A DNA stretch of 64,000 nt from Haliotis cracherodii (Eukaryota), in NCBI RefSeq assembly GCF_022045235.1, contig NW_027266341.1:18786001-18850000 (forward strand). The letters are read 5' to 3'. Positions within the stretch are counted from its first letter, which is position 1, and each line of letters opens with the position of its first letter. Below the pieces are notes generated by a model. The model ran no database searches, was not told the DNA's origin, and saw only the letters and a list, made by a program, of their open reading frames with translations. The position numbers and the translations under genes are program-made. Positions 52,019 through 64,000 of this stretch are shown in pieces.

Positions 52019-52247
52019 AACAACTATGGACAGATAAGCAATACGCCATCATACGGCGTTCAACGCTTGCCTGTATAGCCATTTAGTGAATCAAAATCTC
52101 GGGAATCTAATCTGCTTTATATCCTTAATGTCGTGTTGTTAAATCACTTCACATAACTATTAGTTTAATAGACGATATCTTAATATTAGCCGTATCAACT
52201 ATAGTCGTGTGCCATGATGTTCAGCTTAGTCCAGTGCACTCCAACAG

Positions 52248-52277
52248 GTGAGGTGAAATGGGGTTTAATTATGTAGC

Positions 52278-52344
<67 letters not shown>

Positions 52345-52619
52345 CAGTGTGAGTGTAGCTGCTTGTACTAGTCCGGACTGATGCCGATTTATAGTGCTAG
52401 CACAGTAAGATACCATGCCGCAGTTTAACATGAATACCCCACTCAGTGTACTGACTCCGAGCCGACCAGTCCTTGTTTAAGCCCCTTAATGCCGAGCCCC
52501 AGACAGGGTAACAACAAGTACCATCTTTTAACGTCTTTTGATGTGACGCGGCCGGGGATTGAACCCCGGACCTTCCGCTCTCAGAGCAGGCGCTCTATCA
52601 CTAGATCACGGGTGCGGTC
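52248..52619 (-). mobile_element. SINE family B with expanded internal (GT)n
   Basis: TSD gcactccaacag at 52236-52247 and 52620-52631. Confidence 0.92.
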
Positions 52620-53460
52620 GCACTCCAACAGAACAAGCTTCAGCTGACTGGCGGGGTAGCCTACTGGGTAAAGAGTTCGCTCGTACCACCGAAGGCCCGG
52701 GTTCGACAACCCTCATGGGTACAATGTGTGCAGACCATTTCTGGTTTTCATCTACGTGATATTGCTTGAATATGCTAAAAGTGGCTTTATCATCTAAGTG
52801 AGTGAGTGAGTGAGTTGGGTTTAACGCCGCTTTGAACAGTATTCAAGTTATATCACGGCGTCAGCTTATTTAAAGCCAGTACGGATACCTGGTACGTTAA
52901 CCGCTGACTGTCGTTTCAGTGTTTGTCAAGATTCACTATGGGAATTCTGGGGCAGTATAGTTCCCCTATGCTGTGGTAAGCAACGTAACCTGGCTGATTG
53001 TGTGTCATCGTACGCAGACGAAGGCGTTCAGTGATCACGCTATCAGTTACTGGTTTAGAGGAATATTCTAGTCTATCACCCCGGTAATATTTCGGTACCA
53101 AACAGGGGGCAAATTATGACAGGTTTAAACTTAAAGGTCATGCTATCTCCAAGTACGATAAATATGATAGCATTTGAAATCGAGTAGATTTGCATGTTTT
53201 TTTTAAAGGTCTTTTGAAGGTCTCCAAAGTTGGCACAGGAGAAGGGCCAGTACTATATGTTGTCCGGTGAGTAGTACATAATTCACTTCTTTGTTTACTT
53301 CCTGTCTGGATATTTGGACCATAGCAACAGTTATTTACGAACACATTCAGTTCACACACTAACTACAAGCGGTATGCCAATGTTCAGATCAGGTTGAACT
53401 TTGGTCACCGTTATAGAAGGCGTTATATGACGTATACCACTGTTCATTTCAGATGGTACC

Positions 53461-53630
53461 GGGGCGGTCGTGTAGCCTAGTGGTTAAAGCGTTCGCTCGT
53501 CACGCCGAAGACCCGGGTTCGATTCCCAACATGGGTACAATGTGTGAAGCCCATTTCTGGTGTCCCCCGCCGTGATATTGCTGGAATATTGCTAAAAGCG
53601 GCGTAAAACCAAACTCACTCACTCACTCAC
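53461..53630 (+). mobile_element. SINE family A, young full-length copy
   Basis: Perfect 12-bp TSD tcagatggtacc at 53449-53460 and 53631-53642. Confidence 0.95.
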
Positions 53631-53926
53631 TCAGATGGTACCACATGAGCATATCCATTAGGGAAACACTATGTATAACTGCGTCAGTAGATCGACAGTC
53701 AGTTAGTGAAGGCAATGCCCTTCTCGAGCGATTCTATAAATATGAATTCTCAAGCCATATCACGGCAGAGGATAACAAAATGGGCTTCCCACACAATACC
53801 CATTTGAGGAATCAAACCTGGGTGTGACGAAAGAACGCGTTACCCACAAGACTACCCCACAGTCCCTTTGTTTAAGCTGCTGTCACCGGGGACACTACGG
53901 CCTGGTTTCCTGTCCTTGAACACCTG

Positions 53927-54030
53927 GGCCCATTTGCACAAAACAATCTTAGCGCTAAGACTATTGTAAGCCTATGTTAAAGTATGGGAGTTAAGATCAT
54001 CGTTTTAAGATCGTTTTGTGCAAGTGGGCC
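53927..54030. mobile_element. Harbinger-like MITE
   Basis: TIR ggcccatttgcacaaaacaatctta / taagatcgttttgtgcaagtgggcc; 3-bp TSD ctg. Confidence 0.8.
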
Positions 54031-54756
54031 CTGGTGTCCTCACTGTGAATCTGTGATTGGTTGATTCTCGTGGGATAAATTTAGATCACTGCTTTCCATT
54101 TACGCGGACTGCGACATCCTCAGCATTAACAGAACATGATTAATTACGGCGTGTCATGATTATCGATAATTTGTTCACGAAAACAAAGTCCGCAGTAAAT
54201 GCAGCAAAATAAAACAATGCAACAGCATGCCATACGCTTCCATAGCTTAGGAAACCGATCGATAATGGCATGATACAGATTTACAGTGCTTATAGCATTA
54301 AATATAATTTGATAACCTAACACTATCAGGGGACGTGTATAGGTCATCCCGATGTCTCACGGTATGAGGGCATTACAATATGATATAAATACATATACAT
54401 GTACAAATATACATATCATGAAATTATTGCTATTTCCGATCACGGGTGCAGAGTTGCGTCCCTTACAAGTGCCAGAATACTATGATCATGGGTTCGAATC
54501 CCAGATTCTCCGTGATTATGATTCTTGATGTCAGCCTGTCCTTATTCGTACGCTCCCCAAAATTGGAAGATGTGAAAGACCGGGCTTTCTTCTTCAAATA
54601 CACAAATATGTATAATATGTGTAAACAAATGTACATGCGTATGGATATGTATAAAATGTATAACATTATTAAAAATACATATGTAAATGTATAACAAATG
54701 CATTGTATGTATAACATGTATTAAAAATACATATGTATTGTATAAAATGTATACTA

Positions 54757-55108
54757 CGAGGGGCGTTCAATAAGTTTTGCAACTTCAATATAAGACCTAG
54801 AGCTGTAGGGTGGGTGATTTAACTGTACAGCCCAGACTTAGCCCCCAGTGACTATTTCCTGTTCCGGCAAATGAAATCTGCCCTACGTGGAAGACGCTTC
54901 CATGATGACAGAGGACATAAAGGCTGCCGCAGAGGCGTGGTTAGAGGGCCAATCTGCGGATTTCCATAAAAGTGATATTTAAAGCTTAAAGGACCAATGG
55001 AATAGGTGTATTGAGTTGAATGGAGATTATATTGAAAAATAAAAGTGCAAAAGATATTCTGCGACTTGGTCTTATATTGAAGTTGCAAAACTTATTGAAC
55101 GCCCCTCG
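54757..55108 (+). mobile_element. mariner internal-deletion derivative
   Basis: Perfect TIRs of at least 30 bp (cgaggggcgttcaataagttttgcaacttc), TA TSD, remnant YSPDLAPSDYFLFRQMKSALRGRRF and WNRCIELNGDYIEK. Confidence 0.95.
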
Positions 55109-55368
55109 TATGTATAAAATGTATAATCTGTATGATGGGAATAGAATGAAAATAAGTCAAAGGTTGACCCGCATTATTGACAGGCTTATATAACATATGT
55201 GTGTGTGTGTAGAAACAGCACAGTGAAGTTCGAACTCTCAGGCACAATATAGTAATAATTAAATAAGTGGAGTAAGAAATTTCAATGAACACAGTTTTAA
55301 TTGGCTAGCGCTTTCAACTCGTACCACGTACGAGTCTCATCAGGCCATAGGGAGTGAGTGAGTGAGTG

Positions 55369-55500
55369 NNNNNNNNNNNNNNNNNNNNNNNNNNNNNNNN
55401 NNNNNNNNNNNNNNNNNNNNNNNNNNNNNNNNNNNNNNNNNNNNNNNNNNNNNNNNNNNNNNNNNNNNNNNNNNNNNNNNNNNNNNNNNNNNNNNNNNNN
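55369..55500. other. Assembly gap (132 N)
   Basis: N run following (gagt)n. Confidence 1.
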
Positions 55501-56639
55501 GACCTGTGACATTTTCTGTCATAAATATTTAGTGATCTTATTGATAGTCACTGATAATGCTTGCTTACTTTGGTATTTTCATGGCATCAAATGAGTCTCA
55601 TATTACGATTGTTAATGTGTTATGTATCTGGACGCTTGTCAGTTGTACATTGGTGTCCTACTGCTGATGTATACAGCATAGACCTACGTGTACAGGGTGA
55701 AGGGGTATTAAATGACATGTCTTGGATGATGGATTGAAATGAAAACAAACACGTTCATCAAAACTTCATGATAATAGTACATGAATAATTGAGTTGATCG
55801 ACAGAGTAAATAGTTCATTCACAACGACGATCTAGTGGCTGGCATTCAAAATGTCACCTCTTTACAAGCGGTGAGATACACGATAATACACTATTGATCC
55901 AATAGAATTCCAACCCATATAAAGAATTCCAACGTCATTTCTGGAATCATATCCAATCACAAAGAATCTGTTACAGTATGTATAAACCAACGCTTATCTT
56001 CGAATTGACAAACAAGGCACGTTAAACGCATTTCACATACCCCCAACCCGTGATGAGGCATCGCTCTTGATGTTAGGAGCTGATGTAGGCTTTTTTGTCT
56101 GTATGTAATATACATGATAGTAGATACGATGTTTGAAGTTTGTCTTTAATATCCTTTTCTGGTGGTCATAACAAGCTTATATTATTTGAATGTTAATCCC
56201 AAGATACATCTATTCGAATAATAGCTTGTCGGTTGAGTGCGTGTGCATTGGGTATTACGTGGCTTGTCTGTAGGCTAATGGCTAAGCGGGGACTAGTGGA
56301 CGTCAGGTGGTATTTCAAGAAAATATACTCGGAGTGAGTGCTTGAAATAATTTGTGTACATTACGGAATCCTTAACTTGGTTTACCACTTGTTGGGGCAC
56401 AAATTGAAAGATTAATGTAATATTTTTATTTTTGCAGTTGAATTAAACATCCCCGGGTGGTAAGCTCAGTGTGACGCTACTGGTTGTGAACGACGCCGTG
56501 ACCATGATGCCACCACGGACGTTATGTAATTAGTGGGGATGTCCTGCTGGCCGTGTGTGTAATGGTGAAGCTATCGGGGAGAATTGCACTTGCAAGAAAT
56601 ATTCTCCAGTTGATTATGACTGTCAACCCTCATCGAACG

Positions 56640-56965
56640 ACCCCCCTCCCTCCTCCCCTACCCCCCCCCCCCCCCACACACACACACACATCAGAGACAC
56701 ACACCCCACACCTCCTAAACCACACGCCACGCCACGCCACGCCACATCATACCATACCACGCCACATCACATCAGACAACTGCACACCAAATTACGCCAC
56801 ACCACAACAGCCAACACCACTCCACACCACGTCACATCAGACATCACATCAGACAACACCACGCCACATCAGACAACACCACACCACACCACACAAACAC
56901 ACACCACACCACACAACATCACCACACATCACACCACAGCACACAACACACATCCCCACCCCGCA
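56640..56965. repeat. C/A-rich low-complexity tract, degenerate (CACAC)n
   Basis: Direct reading. Confidence 0.9.
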
Positions 56966-57181
56966 CCGACACAATGACAGTACGCGTGTACCCCAGCTAC
57001 ACCAGTGTGGTGGGTGCCCGATGTAAGTGTAACTATAGTATTGACGTTTATAGTTTCAATACATTCATCAACTCGATTCCAACTTGCTGTGTCATTTGCC
57101 CAGAACTCGACCTTTCAACACCCAACGTGTTACCCATGAAAAGTACGAGAACACCCGGTGTCGCCAGTGATATGTCAGTTA

Positions 57182-57356
57182 CAGTAAACTACGGTTATAA
57201 CGAACTCGAAGGGACCACTAATTTTAGTTCGTAATAACCGTTGTTCGTTATAAACATATATACAGCATTTATACAACAAATGTTCGGGACTAATGAATAG
57301 GTTCGTTATATCCGTCAGTTCATTATAAGCGTGTTCGTTATAAACGTAGTTTACTG
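57182..57356. mobile_element. Tc1/pogo-like MITE
   Basis: TIR cagtaaactacggttataacgaa / ttcgttataaacgtagtttactg with TA TSD; the same left end recurs at about 62841. Confidence 0.88.
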
Positions 57357-58523
57357 TATTTTGAATAATTTCGATCTTATTTTTGTGACTGAGCTACAGG
57401 AAAGAATACCATATGGTATTGACATTTCAATGTTTCTGTCGACTCGAAATCTTAACTTCACCAACAGGGTTAGAATACCCTCCCCCACCCGTATATCACC
57501 CAATGCAATAAACGTTAACATGTGAAGGTCCAGCACATGTAGATTCATCCGTATCTGCATCGCTCGTGATGAAGGACAATGTTGTATGGTAAAGTGCCAG
57601 TATACAATATACATGCAATAGATGTGCTGTTTGATCATACAAAGATTACATTATTTTAGCAATAATTCCTAAATACACTTATTCTCAAAGCGTTGATTTT
57701 GTGATTAATTAACTGCCAAATATATGATGATGCTCTATAATTCATTCGTCATCGTTACATTACAAACTAGAGTAATATTCCACTCAAATACTTGAAATAT
57801 GTTTAAACATTAAAAGCAAGGTAACTGATATTCCACCTATATGCGTCCGATTTAATTAACGGATAGAAAATCAATCTCCATCTATATACATAAAGAATTT
57901 ATTGTTTCTCTATCTTATTTTCGCTGAACGTTTCCAACCAAAGATAAGAAAATACACAAAATAATTTATATGGTTGGCGGTTTACGGAAACACATAGGAC
58001 CTAGAGTAGTCGCCATCGCTTGCTGTGATGTCAATGCGATTCCAGTGTGGACGGCTTGGTGACGGTGGTCGTCACCAACTGTGGTGTATCCACACACCTC
58101 TCCTTCAACATTAAAAGCGTCTTGTGTTCTGTTAAATGTTCTTATATACTAAGGGTTATTCGTGCCCCCTGTGACGCGATGTGGCACTTAGCATTATACC
58201 ATTCACCCATTTCCTTTATAAATCATAAATAGTCTAAGCACAAGCGTGTTATCGACATCCCGTTATGTAACCTATAGGTGAAAAGTAGACATTGCTTATC
58301 CTTTGGTCAAAACGTCTAAATTTATGCAGTCGTTATCTTGCATCACCTTGTTCTTACTATAACTGCTCTAACTGTTCATATAAACACAATAAAAGTGTAA
58401 TCATTCCAGTTTAATATCGCCGCCACCACTTTGTCAAATCGTTTACCTAGCGCTCGCTACGTCTGAATGCACTTAACTGAGACAACATACCACTGTAGTA
58501 GACATGCACAATAAACAACGTAC

Positions 58524-58587
58524 CTGGAGCCTGCAGGATGACGATAAACACACCAAGCCCCGCAATAAACATTCCAGAACACTCCAT
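58524..58587 (-). CDS. First coding exon, signal peptide MECSGMFIAGLGVFIVILQAP(G)
   Basis: ATG at 58587 with an upstream in-frame TGA, hydrophobic h-region, phase-1 donor cag|gtacgt matching the 13471 exon. Confidence 0.72.
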
Positions 58588-59269
58588 AACTCGAAGCAAC
58601 ACGAAGCACAGAAAGTTTCCAAATCACTGATTGGGGGTACTCCCAATCAGGTCCTCACGACTCCTGTATCCTCTGCCTATCCTTCCTGCGTCCGCCGAGA
58701 CCAAAGATTTATCTCCTGAGCAGGATCGTCAAGGAGCTTCCTTTAATTGCCTTAGTTCTTCCAAATTCGCCACCAGTATCAATGAAGCTCTTTAAAAATT
58801 AACATCTCGTGGCTAGCGGCTGTTAAGATGACATGATGATAGGTGTTGGTCAAAGAATTGGATAAGATACCTAGCTTTCGTTGGTAATCTGGCCCTTGAA
58901 TATTCAAGTCTTGCGGACTCGTTGACTTTATTTACGAAAGCTAATTAGACACATTGCAAAGTCCCCCTCAGACCTTATAATTATGTTCTTCGACATTAAG
59001 ATAATTAAAATGATCCTCACGGGAAATTTCACAGATAGAATGACATAATATCATCCGTATGAATAGATGTTGAGACACTGTTCCAAGTATCCAAAACAAG
59101 ATGATCTAAGTAAAGTTTCCTTAGTCCCGAACTTGTGACAATCCGTTCAGAAACACCACTGTCTTGGGAGAAACAAAGGTGCTCAAATGTGTCAATTAAG
59201 ACCGACGTGTCACTCATTCACAACCGCTGATGTCCGTTCCCTCCTCCCGGCGATGCTAGGAGTCTGGCC

Positions 59270-59400
59270 CTATACTGAGAGTACCCCGAGACTCACGAGA
59301 TGAGCGCGAGCGGAGTACTTGGTGATCGCTCTATTGCTGGTTGGTTGATTGGGACGCAGACCGATGGCGGGCGGGCGGGCAGGCTCTTCCCTCGACTGTC
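59270..59400 (-). promoter_or_regulatory. Candidate promoter of the host gene
   Basis: Tandem GC boxes at 59367-59379, CCAAT at 59348-59352 (minus), Inr-like TCAGT at 59274-59278, CpG-rich. Confidence 0.5.
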
Positions 59401-60384
59401 GAGAGGGGACTAAATGTAAGACAACTCGCAGAGAGGGAAGTATCGACCGTATTAACATACAGTTAGCAATCACTTGTAAAACAAATATCAGCAAAGACAA
59501 ACACCCGCTACACCGCAACATAACGAAGTGATATAAGAGTCGTAATTATTGATGAAGAAATGGACTCAGCGGGATGGTGGTACAGGCAGACATTGTTTAT
59601 GATTTGAATTGAACATCAGCTGATGAAGGGGGATGGGACCGGAGAGCCCTGGGGAGAGTGCGGATGTCACTGGAAGAGGTTATACGGTGTGTTACAGTTG
59701 ATTTCACCACGCGGAGATGTGTTGTGTTGTGTTGGTGTAAACAAGCGATCTGTATGTGATACACAGTAAATGTGCGGTCATTCGAACGCAAGACTTAGCT
59801 GTCTGAAATACGAGTGAGTGAGTTTGGTTTAAGGCCGCTTTGAACAGTTTTTTCAGTTATATCACGTCCGTTCAGCTTCATGTGAAAGGAAAGCTCGAAG
59901 TGATGCATGACTTGAAAAAGTAAGATGGATGTAATGGTTTTGTATATCGAGGGAGCTTGGAATATTTTCATTTTTTTACTAAACTTTATCTCTGTTGTAC
60001 TGGATGGATGGAATTTGTTTCCGAGGATGTGTCCCGAGTGTCCTTTAGTATCAAGCATATCATAAAAAATAGATCACTTACTGAAATCCAAGCCTTTGTG
60101 AGGCGTTTTAGTACTTTTAGCGACAATTGATTTTTATCCTCCAATATTATTCTTAATTATTAAGCATGTTTTTCATGGGAAATGAACATGTTATTGTTTT
60201 TTATAATTACGACGACAATGTTCGCACTAGTTTTATCATTAAACCAGCGTTATCACGATAAGGGATACAAACAGGACTTACCCACATCATATCCATGTTG
60301 AGAGTTGACCCCCGGTCTTCAGCCCGAAGGAGCCAAAGCCTTAACCACAAGGCTATTCCACCACCCCTGTTAGTTTATGAATGA

Positions 60385-60705
60385 GTGAGTGGTCTTGTGG
60401 ACAGGACGCCTGCCCGGAGTGCGGAAGGTCGGTGGTTCGATCTTGGTTACGTCATACCAGAAGACGTTAAAATATGGTTCTTGTTGTACCCTGGCACTTG
60501 GCATTAAGGGCATAAAAGAAGGACTGGTTGGCTCGGAATCAGTATACCGTGTCTGAGTGGCTTATCCATGTTAAACTGGCAGTAGGCGTGTACTATAAAA
60601 CCAACATTAGTCCGGACTAGTACAAGCAGCCACACGCGTGTGCATGTACGTCGTCATATAAGTGCACAAATCTTAAACGGGACGTTAAACACCATTTCAC
60701 CTTCT
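60385..60705 (+). mobile_element. SINE family B, diverged
   Basis: gcggaaggtcggtggttcgatc...gacgttaaacaccatttcacc. Confidence 0.85.
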
Positions 60706-60737
60706 CTTAAATTATTTCAACATTGTGGACTTCTTAA

Positions 60738-60892
60738 GAGTGAGTGAGTTTTGTTTTACGCCGCTTTTAGCACTATTCCTCCTGATTCGGCCACCAGAAT
60801 TAGGCTTCACACATTGTACCCATGTGGGGAATCGAACCGGAAGCTTCGGCGTAACGAGCGAACGCTTTAACCACTGGGCTACGCCATGGCCC
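60738..60892 (-). mobile_element. SINE family A
   Basis: Matches the consensus in reverse. Confidence 0.85.
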
Positions 60893-61159
60893 CACGTAGC
60901 ATTCAAAGAATATCGAATATACCTGTTTTCATTATTCCACATATCATAAATGTCACTTAAAGACTTGAAGCTTGCAGATAACAAAAGGGTTCGTTACAAC
61001 CGATAATCTGTGTCCGAAGTTGTTTGCATCATATGCAGTTATGCCACGTTCACTCGAAGTCCTCACAGCGGCCTAATGAAATGCTTGCATGCATGTTTCC
61101 ACCAATGACGTCATCGAGGTTTGGTAACACCTCCTCAGCTGTCCAGCTAACACTTTGCC

Positions 61160-61254
61160 AGGTAAGGTGAACAAAATTAGGTTTAACGCCGCGTTCATGA
61201 TTATTGGACTTATGTAACGACGTACATGCACATGTATGTGGGTGTCGGTGTGGG

Positions 61255-61304
<50 letters not shown>

Positions 61305-61530
61305 CTTCCGGGCTAATGCCGGTTTTATAGTGCTAGCCCAGTGAGATACCATTCCGCTGGTTAAACATGTGTACCCGACAGACACAGCATACCTTACCGA
61401 ACCGACCAGTCTGTTTTATCCAGGGCCATCTTTTAATCTTTTCTTTGTTTTGGTATGACGCGGCCGGGAATCGAACCCACGACCTTCCGCTCTCAGGGCA
61501 GACGCTCTATCCACTAGACCACGGAGGAGG
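61160..61530 (-). mobile_element. SINE family B with internal (GT)n
   Basis: Probable TSD taac(a/g)ctttg. Confidence 0.87.
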
Positions 61531-62861
61531 TAACGCTTTGTGATAATAATAATAATAATAATGGCCCAAAATAGTGTCTGACAAGTTTGTTATTAACATC
61601 ATAATCGGCTTTTATCTTTATTTGTTGTAAACGATGGCTCCCTGCTTTTCCCAACAAGCTGGCTTTCCATTTGTTTCAAAACCCATCATGAATTTCTGTC
61701 ACAATGAGTTAGGATATGCCACAAAAAAACTGAAAAAGATTTCTTTGTATTTTATTTTAAGATCTACTTAGAAACCCAAGAGCCAGGAAGAGCTAACTCT
61801 TTGTGTGAATGGCAATCACAATAAATACTTCGACGCATCATCGACGGAATTTCACTTCCGCTATTGTAGACGATTTGTGAAAAAACAGCTTTTCTCAGAG
61901 AACGTTGAACACTGAAATGTGGTGAAAACTTTAAATGGATGTTTGTCATCATACTGGGTTTTAATCCAGTTAAATGCATCAAAATTGAAAGTTGAGTTTT
62001 TGTTGAACAATTCAGATTGCTATAAAAAAATTAATCTTCCCAAGGCACAAATCCTACGGAGAGAGCAAGCTGTATAGCGTTACACCGGCCTTGTAACAGA
62101 TCAGTTGTCGAGTGAATTACGAGCATAACATCAGTCCTTAAGGACAGACAGACAGACCGACAGACACATCATTCAGTAGCTTAGGCCACCAACCCATAAT
62201 ACATAAACTGTACGAATATAAAATAGCATACTATTGAGTTGAGCATATACCTGATAAAGTTAAAACATATGAACTAGAAATTATTTTTATAGAAGTGAGA
62301 TCTCTTAACTTTTTAACTTTACCAAGACAATTTAAACTTTAACAATGTATGTGGGCATTACAAAAACAGGAAAAGGTCAATGGATAACGGTCTGATAGTA
62401 GGTTGGTACAACACTGGTGGCACATACATTCACTTACTGTTGTAATGCAATAATGGCGGATAATATCTAAATTGAGATACGTATCAGACTATTATTTGTG
62501 CACCAGGGTTGACGAAGTTCTGTTGCTAGTTTTGTTCAGCAAAGTTTCTTCTTTAATGACGGATATTTTCTTTACACGACAAACAAGAAACCTCTGCTAT
62601 CATTTTTATGACCTTGGAACAAAATAGAAATATCGACAGTCTATTATGCCAAGTTGACACGTCCATTAATCATACTTGTAAATATTACCCACTGTGTGGG
62701 CGGCAGCTTTCCAAGGTTCCCTATATAGTTTTCGTGTCCGTCTATATGGTCCAATACAAAACATTGGGTGACTCTCTTTCAGATCAATTACAATTGTTCC
62801 AATGACGTTTTTCCTGGCCAACTTATTGAGTCAGCATATACAGTAAACTACGGTTATAACG

Positions 62862-63016
62862 AGTGGGTGAGTGAGTGAGTTGGGTTTAACGCCGCTTTTA
62901 ACAATATTCCAGTTATATCGCGGCGTGACGGCTTAATGTGGGAGGAAAGCCCGAAGTGATGCAGGTCTCAGACGTTTACAACATCGGGGAAACCCACGAG
63001 CACGGGTATGGTCCTG
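62862..63016 (-). mobile_element. 3' part of family C next to a MITE terminus
   Basis: (gagt)n tail and V-like body. Confidence 0.85.
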
Positions 63017-63360
63017 ACTTGACGCCCATATGTGTAAATCAACAATTGAACTAACTTGACTCCCACGCATGTAAATCAACAATTGAACTATCTTGACCCC
63101 CATGCATGTAAATCAACAATTAAACTAACTTGACTCCCATGCATGTAAATCAACAATTGAACTAACTTGGCGCCCATGCATGTAAATCAACAATCGAACT
63201 AACATGACGCCCATGCATGTAAATCAACAATCGAACTAACTTGACGCCCATGCATGTACATCAACAATCGAACTAACTTGACGCCCATGCATGTAAATCA
63301 ACAACTGAACTAGCTTGACGCCCATGCATGTAAATCAACCATTGAGCTAACTTGACCCCC
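63017..63360. repeat. 37-bp minisatellite, about 9 copies
   Basis: Unit acttgacgcccatgcatgtaaatcaacaattgaacta. Confidence 0.95.
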
Positions 63361-63599
63361 GCGGAAGTAAATTTTGTCAAAATGGACGAAATCATAACGA
63401 AACGTTCCCGTTATTTGCTTTAATAATTAACATAAATTGACGCAAATAATGTCAACATGGCTAAAATGATCACAATAAATTACGTAAATGTGTCCCACGA
63501 CGTCAAGACGTTGAGGTACGTTTCCGTAGTACATATACTCATGTACATAAAAAAACGTCTCGAATATCCGAAACACAGATTCCATTGGAAGAAAACAGC

Positions 63600-63690
63600 A
63601 AGACAGTGGTGAAAACCGTATGAAAAACAGTAGTGACACCAGGTGTTCGCGCAAAGGTTAAACATGTCCTCCCCCAGGAAACACGTGAAA
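63600..63690 (-). mobile_element. PLE 3'-end fragment (E2-like)
   Basis: agtgacaccaggtgttcgcgcaaaggttaaacatgtcctccccc. Confidence 0.55.
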
Positions 63691-64000
63691 CCACTTCACC
63701 TTCAAGGAACCAATTAAAAAACAAACATCTATAGCATTAACGTATATTGCATTCACTGTTCGTATGAATTTTAAAAAAATCCCAATGTAAACGTTGTTTT
63801 TATTTTGTGTAGCGTAATTGTATACACGTATTTATGCTGTGATCTGCAGGGTATCGACACGGCGGTAACTAGATTAGGTAACTTCTCGTTCATCAAATAA
63901 CAGAGAAAAAGCCCTACTGCCGACACTCGCCCTATAGTATTACTTCGACCTGTGTTGCCGAGGTTAACATATTTCTTCATGGCGTATAAGAACGACGTGC

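Larger units (their letters stand above)
13472..58523 (-). other. Putative 45,052-bp phase-1 intron
   Basis: GT donor after the signal-peptide exon and AG acceptor before the 13471 exon are phase compatible, giving ...ILQAP-G-TFVQTTC; no transcript evidence available. Confidence 0.7.

Noticed and set aside
52920-52975. Plus-strand micro-exon with ttcag acceptor and gtaag donor (also about 49861 and 56438)
   Set aside because: No coherent plus-strand gene can be assembled.
55297-55594. ORFs spanning the N run
   Set aside because: Assembly gap artefact.
56553-57026. His/Thr/Pro-rich ORFs
   Set aside because: They are translations of C/A low-complexity sequence.
13472-58523. The whole interval as one giant transposon with a 14-bp TSD
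   Set aside because: There are no terminal inverted repeats, LTRs or intact mobility genes, and the content is a mosaic of insertions of many ages.

Overview
AT-rich, repeat-dense eukaryotic DNA, probably molluscan and possibly gastropod (inferred only from the SINE, Penelope and LINE families). There are no prokaryotic operons, rRNA genes or CRISPR arrays. I read most of the window as the introns of one minus-strand host gene. It has a candidate promoter at about 59.3 kb, a signal-peptide exon (58587-58524) and a ~45-kb first intron (58523-13472) whose two splice junctions carry an identical 14-bp sequence. A 325-bp second coding exon (13471-13147) encodes a CxFPxxL..W-type extracellular domain. 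The rest is transposon debris: four SINE-like families with related 3' tails (here called A-D, many with TSDs), a decayed Naiad-like Penelope retroelement with a 39-bp minisatellite expanded in frame inside its RT, and many solo copies of that element's structured 3' end. There are also hammerhead-bearing Penelope fold-backs, RTE-X/CR1-like and R4/Dong-like LINE remnants, Tc1/mariner and Harbinger-like MITEs, several minisatellites, a possible HNMT-like pseudogene fragment and a 132-N gap. Nearly all ORFs in the supplied track are artefacts of repeats. Family names are recognised by eye and need database confirmation, and the edges of degenerate copies are approximate.
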